Below, one piece after another: positions 16,561 through 34,566 of a stretch of 64,000 nucleotides of DNA. Position numbers and translations under genes: made by a program. This DNA is from the human T2T-CHM13v2.0 reference genome, Homo sapiens. Under the pieces are notes generated by a model. That model did no database searches, was not told where the DNA came from, and saw only the letters and a program-made list of their open reading frames with translations. Every line of letters starts with the position of its first letter. The first letter of the stretch is position 1. The stretch lies in assembly GCF_009914755.1 (NCBI RefSeq), contig NC_060934.1. The stretch is one strand, 5' to 3'.

Positions 16561-17942
16561 TTGTATCAAACATTGGTATATATGTACCAAATATAATGTT
16601 AATTCAGTAAACATAATTCCTTTGCTTTCCATAAAAGTAACACCTAAATCAGAGGTCTGTATTCAGCTTGTCTTATTTTCAGTCCTTTTGAGAGCTCCAA
16701 CATGCCTCTCGGCCCTTAGGATTTCAGCTAATTTTTCGTCTTTACTTATCAGAAAATAATGAAGAGATCAGTAGTGCCACACAGTAAATTCATTGCCTGT
16801 AAGTGTAGTGTTAGAGCAGTTTACTCGGGCATTCCTGGTGATAAATGACATATTATTCCGAGGTATAAACCTAATTATACTTTCAGTTTGGTATAAGTCT
16901 AAGTGGGAGTGCCCTGAGTTCTTAATAATGGTGTCCATAGATACTTTCTTTTAAAGTCCTAAAGATACTTTCTTTTCCTTTCTTTTGTTTTTTTTTTCTT
17001 CCCATTTCTTTGTGAGAATAAGAATTAAAGCAAATGCCTGGTCTCCATTTCCATTTTATCCAAATGCCTTTTACCCATTCCCACCTCTTTATTTTCATTA
17101 AATCCTATAAGATAGACAGAAAAAGAGAAAGATAGATATAGAGCGTTTTTTTTTTTTTTTTTGAGGGGAAACTCCAGAAGCACTTATTCTTTGAAAGTAC
17201 AAGCTAACTTAGATTTAATTCAAGGTCATACATTAAAGTGATGAGATCACAAATGTTAGATATATAGAAAAAATTGAATGTAAAGGAATATGATGTGTTA
17301 ATTCTGTCTGCTTTACAGAAATTTGAAGATATTAAGAGTGTATTAGAAATTCCTATGACTCACCTAGAGTCACTGAGAAATCATATGCATGTATATGATT
17401 TTAAAAGGTAATCTACCTTTCCCATCATTGTATGCTTCCTGATAGCCATTGATTTGTGGTCACTGGGATTGAGTTTCAGTTTATCATTGTTTCCACTTGA
17501 GGACACTTAATTTTTGCTTAAATTGGTAACTTAGTTGGGGTTGGGGTGTTATTTAGGTGGGGTCTCAGTGAAAATGCTGTCATGGACATTTTGGGTGCTT
17601 GGTAGTTTATCTCAAAACCAAGGCTTCGATCTCTAAAGGCTATGGATACTGACTTAATGGTTTGCCTTGGTTTTTGAAAAACTGAGACTGTTTCAAGGAG
17701 CCACTGCAGACTGCCAGAAGAGATATTTGTTTTTCACGCTTTTCTCTATTTTAGGAGTCTTTGAGTTAGCAGGAAGGATATTTGAGTTACTTTGTAATGC
17801 TTTCCAGTTTAGGAAGTAGGAGTAGACTGTAGGAGAATGTTATTGATAGTCTGAGATACACATAGCTAAGGTTCTCAGGATTTTTCTAAGACTATAATAT
17901 GAATTTTTTTAATAAGTTTGTGGCAATATGTGATATTTTCTT

Positions 17943-18229
17943 TTTCTTTCTTTCCTTTTTTTTTTTTTTTCCTGAGACAGAATCTCACTCTGTCGCCCAG
18001 GCTGGAGTGCAGTGGCGCAATCTGGGCTCACTGCAAGCTCCTGCCTCAGCCTCCTGAGTAGCTGGGACTACAGGTGCCCACACCACTCCCGGCTAATTTT
18101 TTTGTATTTTTAGTGGAGTCGGGGTTTCACCATGTTATCCAGGATGGTCTCGATCTCCTGACCTCGTGATTCACCCACCTTGGCCTCCCAAAGTGCTGGG
18201 ATTACAGGCGTGAGCCACCGCACCCAGTC
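17943..18229 (-). mobile_element. AluY-type with an internal microhomology deletion
   Basis: TSD gatattttctt at 17932-17942 and 18230-18240; ctgcaagctcc joined directly to tgcctcagc. Confidence 0.88.
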
Positions 18230-20815
18230 GATATTTTCTTACATAAAAGTTACAGAATAAGCAAACAGAACGAATTCTTACCTTCTTGGGTAACTGGAAA
18301 ATCTAGCCAATCCTCCGAATTGGAACGTATTGATAATAGTGCTTTCATGGAACCAATGTTCTTCATTATAAGGTAGTAGAGTCAAGCAGTGAGATAACCA
18401 GTGTGGGGTACTTTGATATGATTAAAGCCTTCATTTTCTGAAATTATATGGTTTTTTTTTCCTACATAATCCTAGCAGACTAATACAGTTAAGAAGTTTT
18501 TGTTTTTTTGAAAGGACTTTAAAGCAACTTGAGCTTTCTCGTGAGTTGCCATTTCTAACAGCACGATTTTAGGGCCATTTTGCATGGATTACCTTGTACT
18601 TTATATGTGGCCAACACATGGCATCAGCATGGACAATTGTTCCTGCAGCTAATCATTGTTCAAGATGCAGACTTTAATTTATGCTTCAAAAGTCCTTTCA
18701 GCCACTAGTGGAAAATTGGCATTTTTCTTTGAAATACAAGATAGGACAAACAGAACACGAGGGAGCCCAAAGCTATTCTATCTTACTGCTGTTGAAATGC
18801 TGTTACTGTTTACAATTAACTAGGAAATGTAAAGTATGAAGGGGATTAATGTGGGTACTAATATTTTCTGAGTTTTCATATTTGAGTTACTGTGTAAGTA
18901 ACACAATCTCTTACTTTTAGGACTTCACAATTAAATACAGGAAGATGGATAATATGAAGCTTTTGCTTTCAAAGTTAGTTTGTATGTTCATCTATTGATC
19001 TTTCTTTTGTTTTTAATTCTCCAACTTGTTTTGCAATTACATTAATATTCCTTCAGTAAAAGATAATTCATAGATTGTTTTACAAATATGAATGAGAAGG
19101 TCAGGACAAAGGTAGTTGAAACCAGAGATAGGTTGGATCCCAAAGTAAAGTTTATGAGGGCCAGCCTACATATTTGAGTCTGCCAATGCAGAGAGGGCCA
19201 CATGTGGTTCAGATTCAAGGAAGTAAAGAGAAATAAACAAAACTGAAAATAGTTCTTCTGAGACTTCTCCCAAGTGCTTGCTATATTACCAAAGTAAACA
19301 TTATACCTACGATGCAACACATATATATTGCTTATCTACTGTGTGTTGATCACAGTCCTCGATGCAGGGAATATAATGACAACAACCTAAACACATGCTT
19401 GCTCTAACAAAATGTTGTTTAGTGGGGGATACTGACAGCAATTCAGTGTAAAATGCTGCAAGCTACAAGAGGGTGAGTCCAGTATAATAATAACACTCTA
19501 CAAATCTCTCTCAAAGAGTTTTAAAAGGCCATGTCTTACAATGTCCCCAAAGTAGGACAATGAACTGGAGTCAAAGAACAATTTAGAAAAAAAGTAATTT
19601 TGGATCATGTCCTGCAATGGTGCAGTTGTGCTCTATTCCCTGGTCATTGTGTTTAATCCAAAGATCAATGTTAGAATAGCTGATGGATTCTAGAGGAAGC
19701 AACAGTCTACAGAGGAAAGGGCGAGCAGGTGCTCTCTCCAATCTGTATATCAAAGCACATAAAGATTAATCATTTAAACCGGAAAAACAGATTCGGTTTT
19801 ATTGAAGATTCTAACCCTCAGCATAAGCTTGTTCAGGAAAAGAATGCCCAGGAAAAAGCATAACTGACTAGGAGCCATAAAAATCACTATGGTAATGGTG
19901 AGGGATGTGTGTGTGTGTCTGTGTGTTTATGTATGTGATGAATGATCCCCTCTTTCAATATATACTTATTCCCAGCTGAATTTTGAGGAGCTATAGATAT
20001 CTTAGCTTGTTTTTTTTCTTTTCTCCCATTTATTTATTTTGTTTTTTTGGCTATTCTTATCCTTCTGTATCTTCGTATTCTAGATCTTATAAAGGTGCAG
20101 CAAGTGTGGCAATAAGCAGACTGAGGAAGGCATAAAGGGTCTGATGTGAAGCAGAGAAGGCAGAGGTGGCTGAGGGTTTGGAGTAAAATCGAGAATGGCC
20201 ATGAAGATTTGACCAAGGAGCTCTGAGATTGAGAAGGAATTAGAACGAAGTCCACAGGGAAGTTGAGAAAATTGGCAGAAAATTTGAAGAGGAGGGTTTC
20301 AACAGGAGATGATCAAAATTAAAAAAAAAAGAAAGAAAGAAAACAGAAAAATAAGGAAGAATTCATTTTGAACTTCTGAATCATGACCTTGGGTGTCCCA
20401 GACTGAAGTATCAGAGAGCCCAAGGTCCCAGAGGCACTGTACAGACACGAGAGCCAATGGAACTAAGACTGTCACCCCCTCTCCAGCTTAGGTACTCATC
20501 CATATGCAGTAACTGGTGTAAATCACCAGATGTTATTTCCTTTGGTAGTAAAATATATGATTTAATGTATACATATATATTTTTTAAAAATAGAAATAAT
20601 TTAAAATCATAAGAATACAATTAAAAATGAAATAATTGGAGCTTCCATTTTTATCTTCAATATTCAAAAAGAACTGTTTGTTGGAAACTTTTTTAACCAC
20701 ATGAAATTCTCTTGAATGCAGTGATTCAAAGTCATGAATAGTCATACTATATATAAAATCTGCCTTAGTGGAGACCCAAGAAAAATAAAAGCAAGCCCTT
20801 TTTATTAACATTTTA

Positions 20816-22248
<1,433 letters not shown>

Positions 22249-22325
22249 AAGAAAATTTCCTTTAAAAATGATCAAGTAGTAAATAAAATTTGAATGTTTG
22301 TTGTAATTTTCACTTACATGCTTTG

Positions 22326-22841
<516 letters not shown>

Positions 22842-23257
22842 TTATGCTCATTATAATTAAATGTTCATTTTCTTTTGCCACTCTTCCTCCAAAAGACTCA
22901 AAGGTCCCTAAGGACCTGTAATGCCTTATACATTTTTTTGACGTAGAATAGATTATCTTTCTTCCTCTCTTTCCTCTCTCTCTCTCTCTGTTACTTTCTC
23001 TCTATATATTTCTGAATGTTTATAAGCATTTACTGACAGTCTACTCATTTCTTTCTTCTTTTCTTTAATGCAATTAACTGAATACTTAGAAAATACAAAT
23101 TACTATAATAAGTTCTGTGAGGAATTTATGACACGTTTCATGATTTGGAGTTTAAGGTTTAGTGTTCTGCTACTGGCATGTACCAGGTTGAGAGGCACAG
23201 AGTTTCCATACTTGAGTACTGCTTATGTGAAGTTACAGCTTGTATCAATAACTTAAA

Positions 23258-23817
23258 ATTGATCATTAGAGAAATTCAAATCAAAACCACAATGAGATAT
23301 CATCTCACACCAGTCAGAATGGCCATTATTAAAATGTCAAAAAATAACATGCCGGCAAGGTTGTGGAGAAAAAAGTATGCTTATACACTGTTGATAGGAG
23401 TGTAGATTAGTTCAACCATTGCAGAAAGCAGTATGGCAACTCCACAAAGAGCTAAAAGCAGAGCTACTATTCCACCCAGCAATCCCATTACTTGGTACAT
23501 ATACCCACAGTACTAGAAATTTTTCTACTATAGGTCAGGTGCAGTGGCTCACGCCTGTAATCCCAGTACTTTGGGCAGCTGAGGGTGGGTGGAGTGCTTG
23601 AGTCCAGGAGTTTAAGACCAGTCTGGGTAACATGGTGAAACCTTCATCTCTACTAAAAAGTTAAAAAAAAATTAGCTGGGTGTGGTGGTGCAAGCCTGTA
23701 GTCCCAATTACTGAGAAGGCTGAGTTGGGAGAATTACCTGAGCTCAGGAGTTTGAGGCTGCAGTGAGCCGTGATCATGCCACTGCACTCCAGCCTGAACA
23801 ACTGGAGTGAAACCCTG

Positions 23818-23848
<31 letters not shown>

Positions 23849-24345
23849 GACATCATTCTATCATAAAGATACATTCACATGTATGTGAATGGTCATTGCA
23901 GCGCTATTTACAATAGCAAGGATATGGAATCCACCTAGATGCCCAGCAATGACAGATTGGTTAAAGAAAGAGTGGTACATATGTACTGCGGAATATGCAG
24001 CCATAAAAAAAGAACAAGATCATGTCTTTTGTGGGAACGTGGATGGAGCTGGAGGCCATTATCCTTAGCAAACTAACACAGGAAAAGGAAACCAAATACC
24101 GCACGTTCTCACTTGCAAGTTGGGAGCTAAATAATAAGAACAATGAACACAAAGAAGGAAACAACAGACACGGGGGTCTACTTTAGGGGGGAGGGTGGAG
24201 GAGGGAGAGGAGCAGAAAAGATAACTATTGGGTACAATGCTTAGTGCCTGGGTGACAAAATAATCTGTACAACAAGTCCCCGTGACACGTGTTTGCCTAT
24301 GTAACAAATCTTCACATGTACCCCTGAACCTAAAATAGAAGTAAA
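23258..24345 (+). mobile_element. L1PB/L1MA 3' fragment interrupted by an AluJ
   Basis: IIREIQIKTTMRYHLTPVRMAIIK is the L1 ORF2 C-terminal region; L1 3'UTR follows. Confidence 0.85.
23533..23848 (+). mobile_element. AluJ-type
   Basis: Dimeric Alu with poly(A). Confidence 0.85.
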
Positions 24346-25948
24346 AAGGAAAAACAATGAGTTGAAAACAATTGTGGGCTGTATCAATAACTTTTGTTCA
24401 GTGATTTCACCCTCAAAAATTCAAAAGATAATGGAACATTCCTTGGTATTTAATAACTTAAGAATTTAAGTCTCCATAATGCAAATTCTATAGAAAAAGT
24501 AAGTTAAATATAAGTTCTGAGCTCTTATCCCATTGACTATGGATCCCATTGGCATTTATACTTAATACACTATTAAAATAACTTCACACTGGTGATGTAC
24601 TGAGTGACAGTTTGACAGCTCAGAATTCTGATGGGACATGCACATCTCTTGTACAACTAGGTTTAAAGCTCTGTTTTGCATATTTACAAGCTTGGGACAT
24701 AGTGAAACTTACAGCAGGGATCTAAAATGTAATTGCAGTTGAGAAACATGAATCCTCTCTTTCCATGGAATTTAATTAAACATTTCCATTATTTTTGTTT
24801 CTAACTCACCTGTCAAGGTGTGAATTAAGGTAAGCACAGTAATAAAATCTGAAATGAAATAAACAATCAGAATTTTTAAATCAGGTGGTCACAATTAAGT
24901 AGACATTGATAAAAATGTGTACCAAATAGAATGCTTGGTGTTTTAAAATGAACAATTTTTTTAAAAAAGCATTTAAAACATTTTTTTTGGTCAACATTCA
25001 TCACTGGAATTGGGTCCCAACAGTGAAATACATGGCTTGCCTATATATACACTAGAATCTGTCCATTTATCAGTATAAAAGCACAATGATGAATGGGAAA
25101 ACATTTTTTAAAAAGAATTTAAAATATAATGAACCTGAAAAAATGTCACTGAATCTAAAGAGAAGTATTCCACTTTTGTGGGACCTCATCTTTAAATGTT
25201 GGGTTTTTCTTTAAAACATACAGCCTTAGGACCTGTTATATGATAATGAGAAGAGGCAAAAACATTTGACTGCAGCATATCTGAACTTGTTTTAATGGAG
25301 GTTTTGTGGGCATATTTTACAGAATGAATCATCCAAACAACATTGAGGGAATTAATTTTTGCCTCATACAGCTCCAGGTACTTAGAAAGTGCTCAGTAAA
25401 TATTGGTTGAATCAATAACAGTACGCAATTTCATGTTAGGGCTACTGCTATCAGCACCTGGCATAATCCTCTCTATTCTCTTCACTATGTAGTTAAGCCA
25501 TCAAACCTTTAGATTGTGTCATTATTGATGGTGAATAGGAAGTGAAATGATTAAGCCTCCCTACCCTCAAAGAATGTTGTCTTACTTGGCTCAATTATTG
25601 ATGAACAGTATCCTGTGAGCTTCCACGTTATTTGTTAATGCTACCACAGAGACTAAATTGATATAAAGTATTAATTACAGTTTTTAAAATTAACCTAAGA
25701 AAATGATTTTTAAGGAAACTTTTTCTTGTTTGAAACATCAAGTATGTATAGTAATACTTGATTTTGTAACGTTGAGTCTCAATGTGTACCTCTCATATTT
25801 GTAAGAAGCCAGAGAGAAGGATTCTGGAAACTTCCATGGAAACAGTGGTACTGCCCATGACTGGGTTACACATCTGGGAGAAAGGAGAATTGAGAAGATT
25901 ATATTTAACACAGAAGTTGTTTGGAATATATATATATATATATATATA

Positions 25949-26680
<732 letters not shown>

Positions 26681-26964
26681 GAATTTATTCAACATTAATG
26701 AAGCAAACACATTCAGAGATCAAACACATGATCTGTGATGAGTAGAGAGGTTGTTTTGACTATGCACTTAAGACATGTGTAGAATAGTAGCAAAAATGGA
26801 GATAAGAAATGAATAAGATGGCAGAGAGAAGAGTAACTTAAAATCATTTCTAAGTGAAGACGTTGGATTATATGATGTAGTGAAAAAGTCTGACGTGGGC
26901 TGTAATATTTTAATCCTATTGCCTCACTTTCTGCTGCCTGGTAACATTGAGAATGTTATCCACC

Positions 26965-27415
26965 TTTGGGAACTGGAGGACATTATACAAAGTGAAATAA
27001 GCCAGGCACAGAGAGACAAATATGGCAGGTTCTCACTCATGTGTGGGAACTAAAAAGTTGATCTCATGGAGGTAGAGAGGAGAATGGTGGTTACTAGAGG
27101 CTGAGAAAGGTGGGGAGGAGGAGGTTAGGAAGGGAGTTTTGTTAATGGTTAAAAAATGTAGTTAGTTAGATAGAAGAAATAAGCTGTAGTGTTTGATAGC
27201 ACAGTAGGGCAATTATAACAAGTTATTGTGTATTTCAAAATATTTAGGGGATAAGATTTGGAGTGTTCCCAACACAAAGAAATGAGAAGTGTGTGAGGAG
27301 ATGGTATCCCAATTACCTTTATTTGATAGTGACACATTATATGCATGTATCAAAATATCACATTTACCCCATAAATATGTACAACTACTATGTATTAATA
27401 AAATATAATAATAAA
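26965..27415 (+). mobile_element. L1MA-like 3'UTR fragment
   Basis: gaactggaggacattat...agtgaaataagccaggcacagagagacaaa...cccataaatatgtacaa. Confidence 0.8.
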
Positions 27416-27760
27416 AGAAGGCAATTGTGTCTTGTCAAATGGGTGTTCTAATTTCTACCTTCCTGTATATAAGTCTTCTGGATGACATTTGAAAAGAGCT
27501 ATTTTGGAAACTAGATTGGATGGAGTGGAATATGGTGGAAAGCACACTGTTTTGGAGTCAGTGGTCTGAGTTTTAGTCTCTGCTCTGCTCATTGGTTGCT
27601 AAGTGACTGTGTAAATATTGTCTTTGTGCATCAAATTTCCTAATGTGTGAAAACCAGTGATGATAAAAGCAATACTCCAGGGGAGTCTGAATATTAAAGA
27701 TAATATAGCTAAAATGGCAGCCATGAACATGGGCTCTGGAAACTTGGGTTCAAGTTAAAG

Positions 27761-28244
<484 letters not shown>

Positions 28245-31200
28245 TTATTTAAAATAATGCTTGATCTTAGAATAAATAGAATTACCCAGGGGACAATTGA
28301 CTGTGCTGGAGAAATATAGAGCTCATACTCTAGGCGAAGTCTCTTACCTTTAGCCAGAGATAATATCAGTGTGCATGCCTCCTGAGGACAGGCTGGCTCC
28401 CAATAGTGGGTGTTGAATGGGAGAAGAGGATGAATCGAGCTCCCCCAGGTTACTCTTCTAACTTCACAGTCAGATAAATCTTCCTCCTCCCATGGAGTGA
28501 GGGGTAAGTAACAGCAATGTTACTACAGTGAACCACCTCCCCATGAAAGCAGGAAGACTAGGGCATAAGCATCAACTGTAATCAATTACTGTTCTCTACT
28601 TTATACAGTTATTGTGAGGATTATATGGTGTGTACTTGTAAAGCACATGGAAGCAAATCTGGCACAAACACAGAATTCCGCTGTTTTTATTGCTGTAGTT
28701 ATTCCTTGGATATTGTCTGGAAATAGTAGACACTCAATAAATGTTAGTGTTCTCTGTTTTAAAAAGGGAATTCCCGCTTGATCAGAACTCTAGGCTCGAT
28801 CATTAAAGGCTTCTTTACTCAGTGAAGGTCCCCAACGTCCCTTCTCAAAGATCAATTTATTCTATTCTCATATTTAATGGACAAAGACGTCATGAATACT
28901 AGCAGCTCTTAATTGGGAAGCATTTGACACAAAGGCTGGTCATGGAATCATTTTGGTGTCAATCTCCATTGCAAGGAGCAGGGCAATGAAATCAGAACAA
29001 TTTGATCTTTTGCCTCCTGCATTTATATTCTATAGAAAATTGTTTTCATTCGGTTTGCTTTTAGTTAGAATGAAACTCACCAAGAAGATCGTTCAGAGTT
29101 TGTCATTAATTGACATATTGAGAAGAAAATAGAATGTCCTTTCTAGCAGTAAGTAATTTAGAAATATGAGTTGAAACACATGCCATTTCTGTCTACAGCT
29201 GGAAGCTCTCATGGACCCATCAACATTACTGAAGAGTTTCAGTGAATGCAATTTTTGTTTTCTCTTTAATGTTCTCCTTTTTGGATATAGTAATGGTTTT
29301 GCTTTGCAGTGCAAATGGAGACTATCCCTTATTATCTGGGGGCATATTAACTAGTTTGTAGATGGGCAGTGGTTTGGTTAGATTCTGTGATTTGGCTGCA
29401 ATGGATGTGTGAGGGTTTCTAACCCAGCCCTGCTCCTCCCTCTCCCTTCATCCCCCTGCTGGTGGCTCAGCACCTTGTGTTGCTTTTTCTCTCCAATCAG
29501 CCTCAATGCTGAGTTCTTTCGAGGCCTCGGTCACATTGAATTCACCCCAGAGAAGCTAAGACTTTTCCTCTGTGCCTCCCCACTTAATCTGCCTATGAGT
29601 TGGCTACAGCACACATTTATTTGGGAAACTACAGATGAGTAAAAGAAAAATAAGAAAAAAAAATTCCCTCACATTTCACTCTCAAGAAGGCCAAGACAGC
29701 CCTATAATATCCAATCAGCAATTTAGAAAATTAAATTTGGAAAGCAATAAGCTTTTAAAAAATGAGTTTAGAGGCAAAACCCAAGCTGCCCTGAACCACT
29801 GTGAGGCCTTTAGGCAGCTGATTTCATGATAGGTTTGATTAAACAGTGCTGCCCCCAATCTCCCAGAGGGTGTCGTGTAATAAACACTCTCGGTGTTATG
29901 TTACCATTCTCAGCTCTGAGCTATTCACATTTCAAAACTCATCTGACCCCAAAGACTTTAGATAAGGAACTGTGGACTTGCAATGATGTTCTGCTGTGAA
30001 TCAGTCTGGATTTTATACATACACAATATATAAAAATAGATACACTTGCACAGATACATACATGGTAATATTTAATACATGAGTATTGCATATATTTACT
30101 ATTAAATATTTCTAACTAGTAGTTAAAACAGAGAGAAACAAATACCTAAATACAGCTCAGGATTAACTAATGTTAACATTTTGTTTGCTTATAATGTTAA
30201 AGTTTGTTTGCTTATGAAGATGCAACTTTTGTCTTCCTTGTATCTCTCTCCATCCCATTTCTTATCCTCTGCAGAAAAAAAAAGATGCTAATATTATGCT
30301 GGCTTTAACCTGATTTCTCTGAGTGTATTTTTAAAGATATGAAAATATACATGAGGATTCTAGCTAGGTACAGTTCTACTTTGTTCTTTTATCGACAACA
30401 AATGAAAAAGATATTCTACCTACAAATAGTTAATCTAGCTTTTTAAATATTCAAATATTTAAAGTTTGTCTTCTTGGAAATAGGCTAGGATTTAAGATTA
30501 GTAGCCTGAGTCATTTAAGGGTGACCTTAGTCATTGTCTAGCTTTCAGTTCCACGTGTCTAAGCTCTGAACATATTTATACAGTACAGTGTAATCCAGTC
30601 CAAATATTGGAAAGAAGAAAGACATCAAATCATGTGACCTCTGTGTTCCCTTTTAGCCATGAAATTCTGATTCAGTGTGGTTCTTTTGATGTCAATTGTA
30701 GACAATATAACAGAATACAAATTGCTTTGGGTTTCATAGCAAATAAGCACCCCTAGTTAGGTAGGGCATTTGCTCTTCCTGCTGGCAAAGAATTAGGTTT
30801 ACTGTTTTCTCTGTAAGAACAGCAAATTAATGACATTTCAATATTCCCTCTATTTCTTGTGAGAGTTTATTGGAAAAATTTAGGTCAAAGAGTTAATAGC
30901 ATTTTTCAAATCTGTTTTAACTTGGCCTGCTCACTTGCTATGTTCAGCTTTTCACACTAATAGATTCTTTTAATATTTCTTTTCCCCCTAACTATTGTGC
31001 TGTTTTAGTATCTCAAGGTGGCACTTTTTCTGAGTAGTCCATTGATTTCAAGTTGCTCTACTTTCTTCGAGCTTCCCATTAAAATGTAATTGTATCATAT
31101 TTTAGATTTCATTTTGAAATGAACCTTTTGTGAAATTTCACACAATGATGGATACCATGTTCTGTCTTTATCGGAGTCAATGATATAAATCAATAACAAT

Positions 31201-32104
31201 TTCCTGACATTATTTGACGATTCAGTGAAGGGTAAGATTCATAACACAAAAGTAAAAGGTGATCGAGTCTCCGTAAAGTTGCTGGGTCCTTGGCCTGCTT
31301 AATCTAGAGCTGCATGAAATCTTGTTTCTCCAGACAGCCCTATTCTGCAGCATCCACTAAAGCCCAGTTATCTCTTTATTTCATTAGAGAGATGCAGGAT
31401 AGTATAATCATTAATGGCTCAGCTTACATATTTTTCTTACTTGACATGTGACATTCAACCAATTACTTCTATTCTCTAATCTTCTGTTTCTTTCACCTTA
31501 AAATAAGATGAAAATAGCATCATCTTCACAGGATTAAAACAAGTGAATGTGACTGGCATATAGTAAGTGCTAAATAAAAGGTGGCTGCTGCTCTTATTAT
31601 TGATACCATCATCATTCTTCAAAAATTAATATATTCCTACTACTCTCTACTCCTTCTTACTATATCTCTATTTTCTCTTGGATTCATATTCATTTTTTGC
31701 TCCCGTTATTTTTTTTGAAAACAAGATTTCTATGTTAATTGCGTATTTGTCTGGAAAAGCACCTGAGTTTTGCACTTGTAAAAAGTAATCACTTGATTAT
31801 GAACATTTATGAATTTTTGTGGTTCCTAAAAGCAAGAAATTATTTTTTTCATAGAAGGAATAATATAATTGAATAAAACAAAAATCAACAAGATCCCAAA
31901 AAATAGTTTTAGAAGAGTGAGTCATCTAATTCAATTTAAAATGTAAATTATTCAATTACCTTGAGAATCTTATCAAATGAGGTTTTCACTCTTCCTCCAT
32001 CTGTGGTTGAAACAGCTCTTCTGAGTGACCTCTTTCTCACTTACTGATTACCAATTGATGCTGACTGTAGTTCCGAAAGGGAATTGGTCACAACATTTTA
32101 TATT

Positions 32105-32105
32105 T

Positions 32106-32148
<43 letters not shown>

Positions 32149-32918
32149 GTATATACACACACACATATATACACACACATATATATGTGTCTATGTGTGT
32201 ATATAAATACACACACATATATATGTCTATGTGTGTATATAAATACACACACACATATATATGTCTATGTGTGTATATAAATACACACACACATATATGT
32301 CTATGTGTGTATATAAATACACACACACATATATATGTCTATGTGTGTATATAAATACACACATATATGTGTGTATGTGTGTGTATATATACGTATATAC
32401 ACGTATATACGTATATATATCATATAATATACGATATATATACACATATATTGATATATATATCATATATACATATATGTGTATATATATCAGTTTGGTT
32501 ATATATATACATATATACACATATATACACATACATATATATACATATATACACGTATATACGTATATATATGATATATATCACATAATATATGATATAT
32601 ACATATATGTGATATATATATCATATAATATATGTATATATCACATATATGTGATATATATCATATAATATATGTATATATCACATATATGTGATATATA
32701 TCATATATCACATATATGTGATATATATCATATATCACATATATGTGATATATATCATATATCACATATGTGTATATGTATCAGTTTGGTTATGTATATA
32801 CATATATACACATATATACACATACATATATACATATATACACATATATACACATACATATATATACATATATACACATATATATATGTATATGTATATG
32901 TATATATCAGTTTGGTTA
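32105..32918. repeat. Compound (TA/CA/TG)n low-complexity tract with a ~36-38-bp minisatellite x5
   Basis: gtctatgtgtgtatataaatac recurs at 32189, 32225, 32263, 32299 and 32337. Confidence 0.95.
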
Positions 32919-34566
32919 AAACCAGCAATAAAAAATAGGAACAGCCAAGGTGATTTTGAAACCATGAGATGGTCATTATTTACAGGTGTAACAGACATTT
33001 TTTGAAGGAAGTAATTGCTTGTATTTTAAAATTCGTATGATTTTAATTAATGGTAGAATTACAATTTCTAATTGTATAATTATGAATTTAACTATGTAGA
33101 AGAAAGCAAGCAAAATATAGATGACCTAATATTATTTTTATTTGGCTTTTGAAGTTGGATTTATCCTTCCATTTTAATATGAATATCTAAAGGAACCTGG
33201 TGGGTCCCTTCAGGTAAAGTAATGTAACCACATTTTAAAGACTACCTCAGGATTTTACTTCACCTCATCCCAGGGCCCACCCATTCCATTCAAATAATGT
33301 GAGCGTGTACCTCTTTAGGAGCATAGAGAAGTGCCTCAAACTGTCGTTTTTTTTCCTCCAGTTTTCTCTGAGTAGCACAGACCTTCAAATATGATGGTCA
33401 ACAAATGCTTGTCTAATGAGTCTGAAGAATTAAACATCTATTTTAATTGACATCAATGCAAGATGTATTATAATCATGAATATAGAAAAACTCTTTCAAA
33501 AGTTAAGCTGTCCAAAAAAATCACAGTCACTTAATGGTATTAAACACAATATATTTCTAAAGTACAATACTTGTGTATATTTTACCAAGATCCTTCTTCA
33601 AAACCTATGTTATTTTCTGCCTCTGGAATGAAGGCTAAATTTCTTAGTTTAAGATTCTACAGAAATCATCTCTAATCAGAATCTTAAAAATTATTATGTA
33701 CATCACATTAAAATATCAAAAATTGCAAATAAAGCAACAGTCCCTGCTGACCACCCTTATCACCCACCATAGATTTTATCTTGAGTATCTTTAGATACCA
33801 GTTTATTTTTACTTCCAGTCCATTTTCTATTTACTTAATATGTATAAATGTACCACATATACTTGGAAATCTAAACCATTGTATGTTTTCAGCCTAAGTA
33901 ATATTATACTATAATATTTTTCTGTAACTTATTTTTTTTACTCCAAAACACATGTTGAATTTCTTTCCATAATGACACATGGCGATAGATATTATTTTTA
34001 ACTGGTATAGTATTTCTCACTATTGATTGATTCATTCACATGTAAGTTCTTTCCTGTCATTTGTCATCAAAACCAGCACTGAAATAAACATTCCTGCACA
34101 AGCCTTCATGTGTATACCTTTGAGTGTCTCTCTAGGATAAATGCCAAGAAATTAACTCAATTTTTATAGTCTATGCAATTTTTCTTTTTAACAAATGCTG
34201 TCTAGTTTCTCTCCAGTTGAGCTGTACCAACTCATGGAATTTTCCTCTCCATCTATTATCTGATTAATTTGTTGTTCTCTTAAAATCTTATACTCCGTTA
34301 ACACCCATCAACATTTTCTAAACACACAATACACTTTCTCATCTCTGTGTTTTTGCTGCGATTGCTGCCTCAGTTTCTCGAGGTAAAATGTTTTGCCCAA
34401 CAAAATTTGGTATCATGGAGGCTTACTATTACTTCTCCACCAAATCTTTTCCCAAACTCTCATTATTGGCAGAAATAATGAAGTGTCTTCTTTGAGTCTC
34501 CTAGTATCTTATACTTATTTCTTATACAGCATTTATGATGTAGGGTAGTGAATGTATCATACGAAG

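Noticed and set aside
32025-33005. Many overlapping Y/I/H/T/C/V-rich ORFs; CRISPR-like periodicity
   Set aside because: Artefacts of dinucleotide repeats; no unique spacers; eukaryotic context
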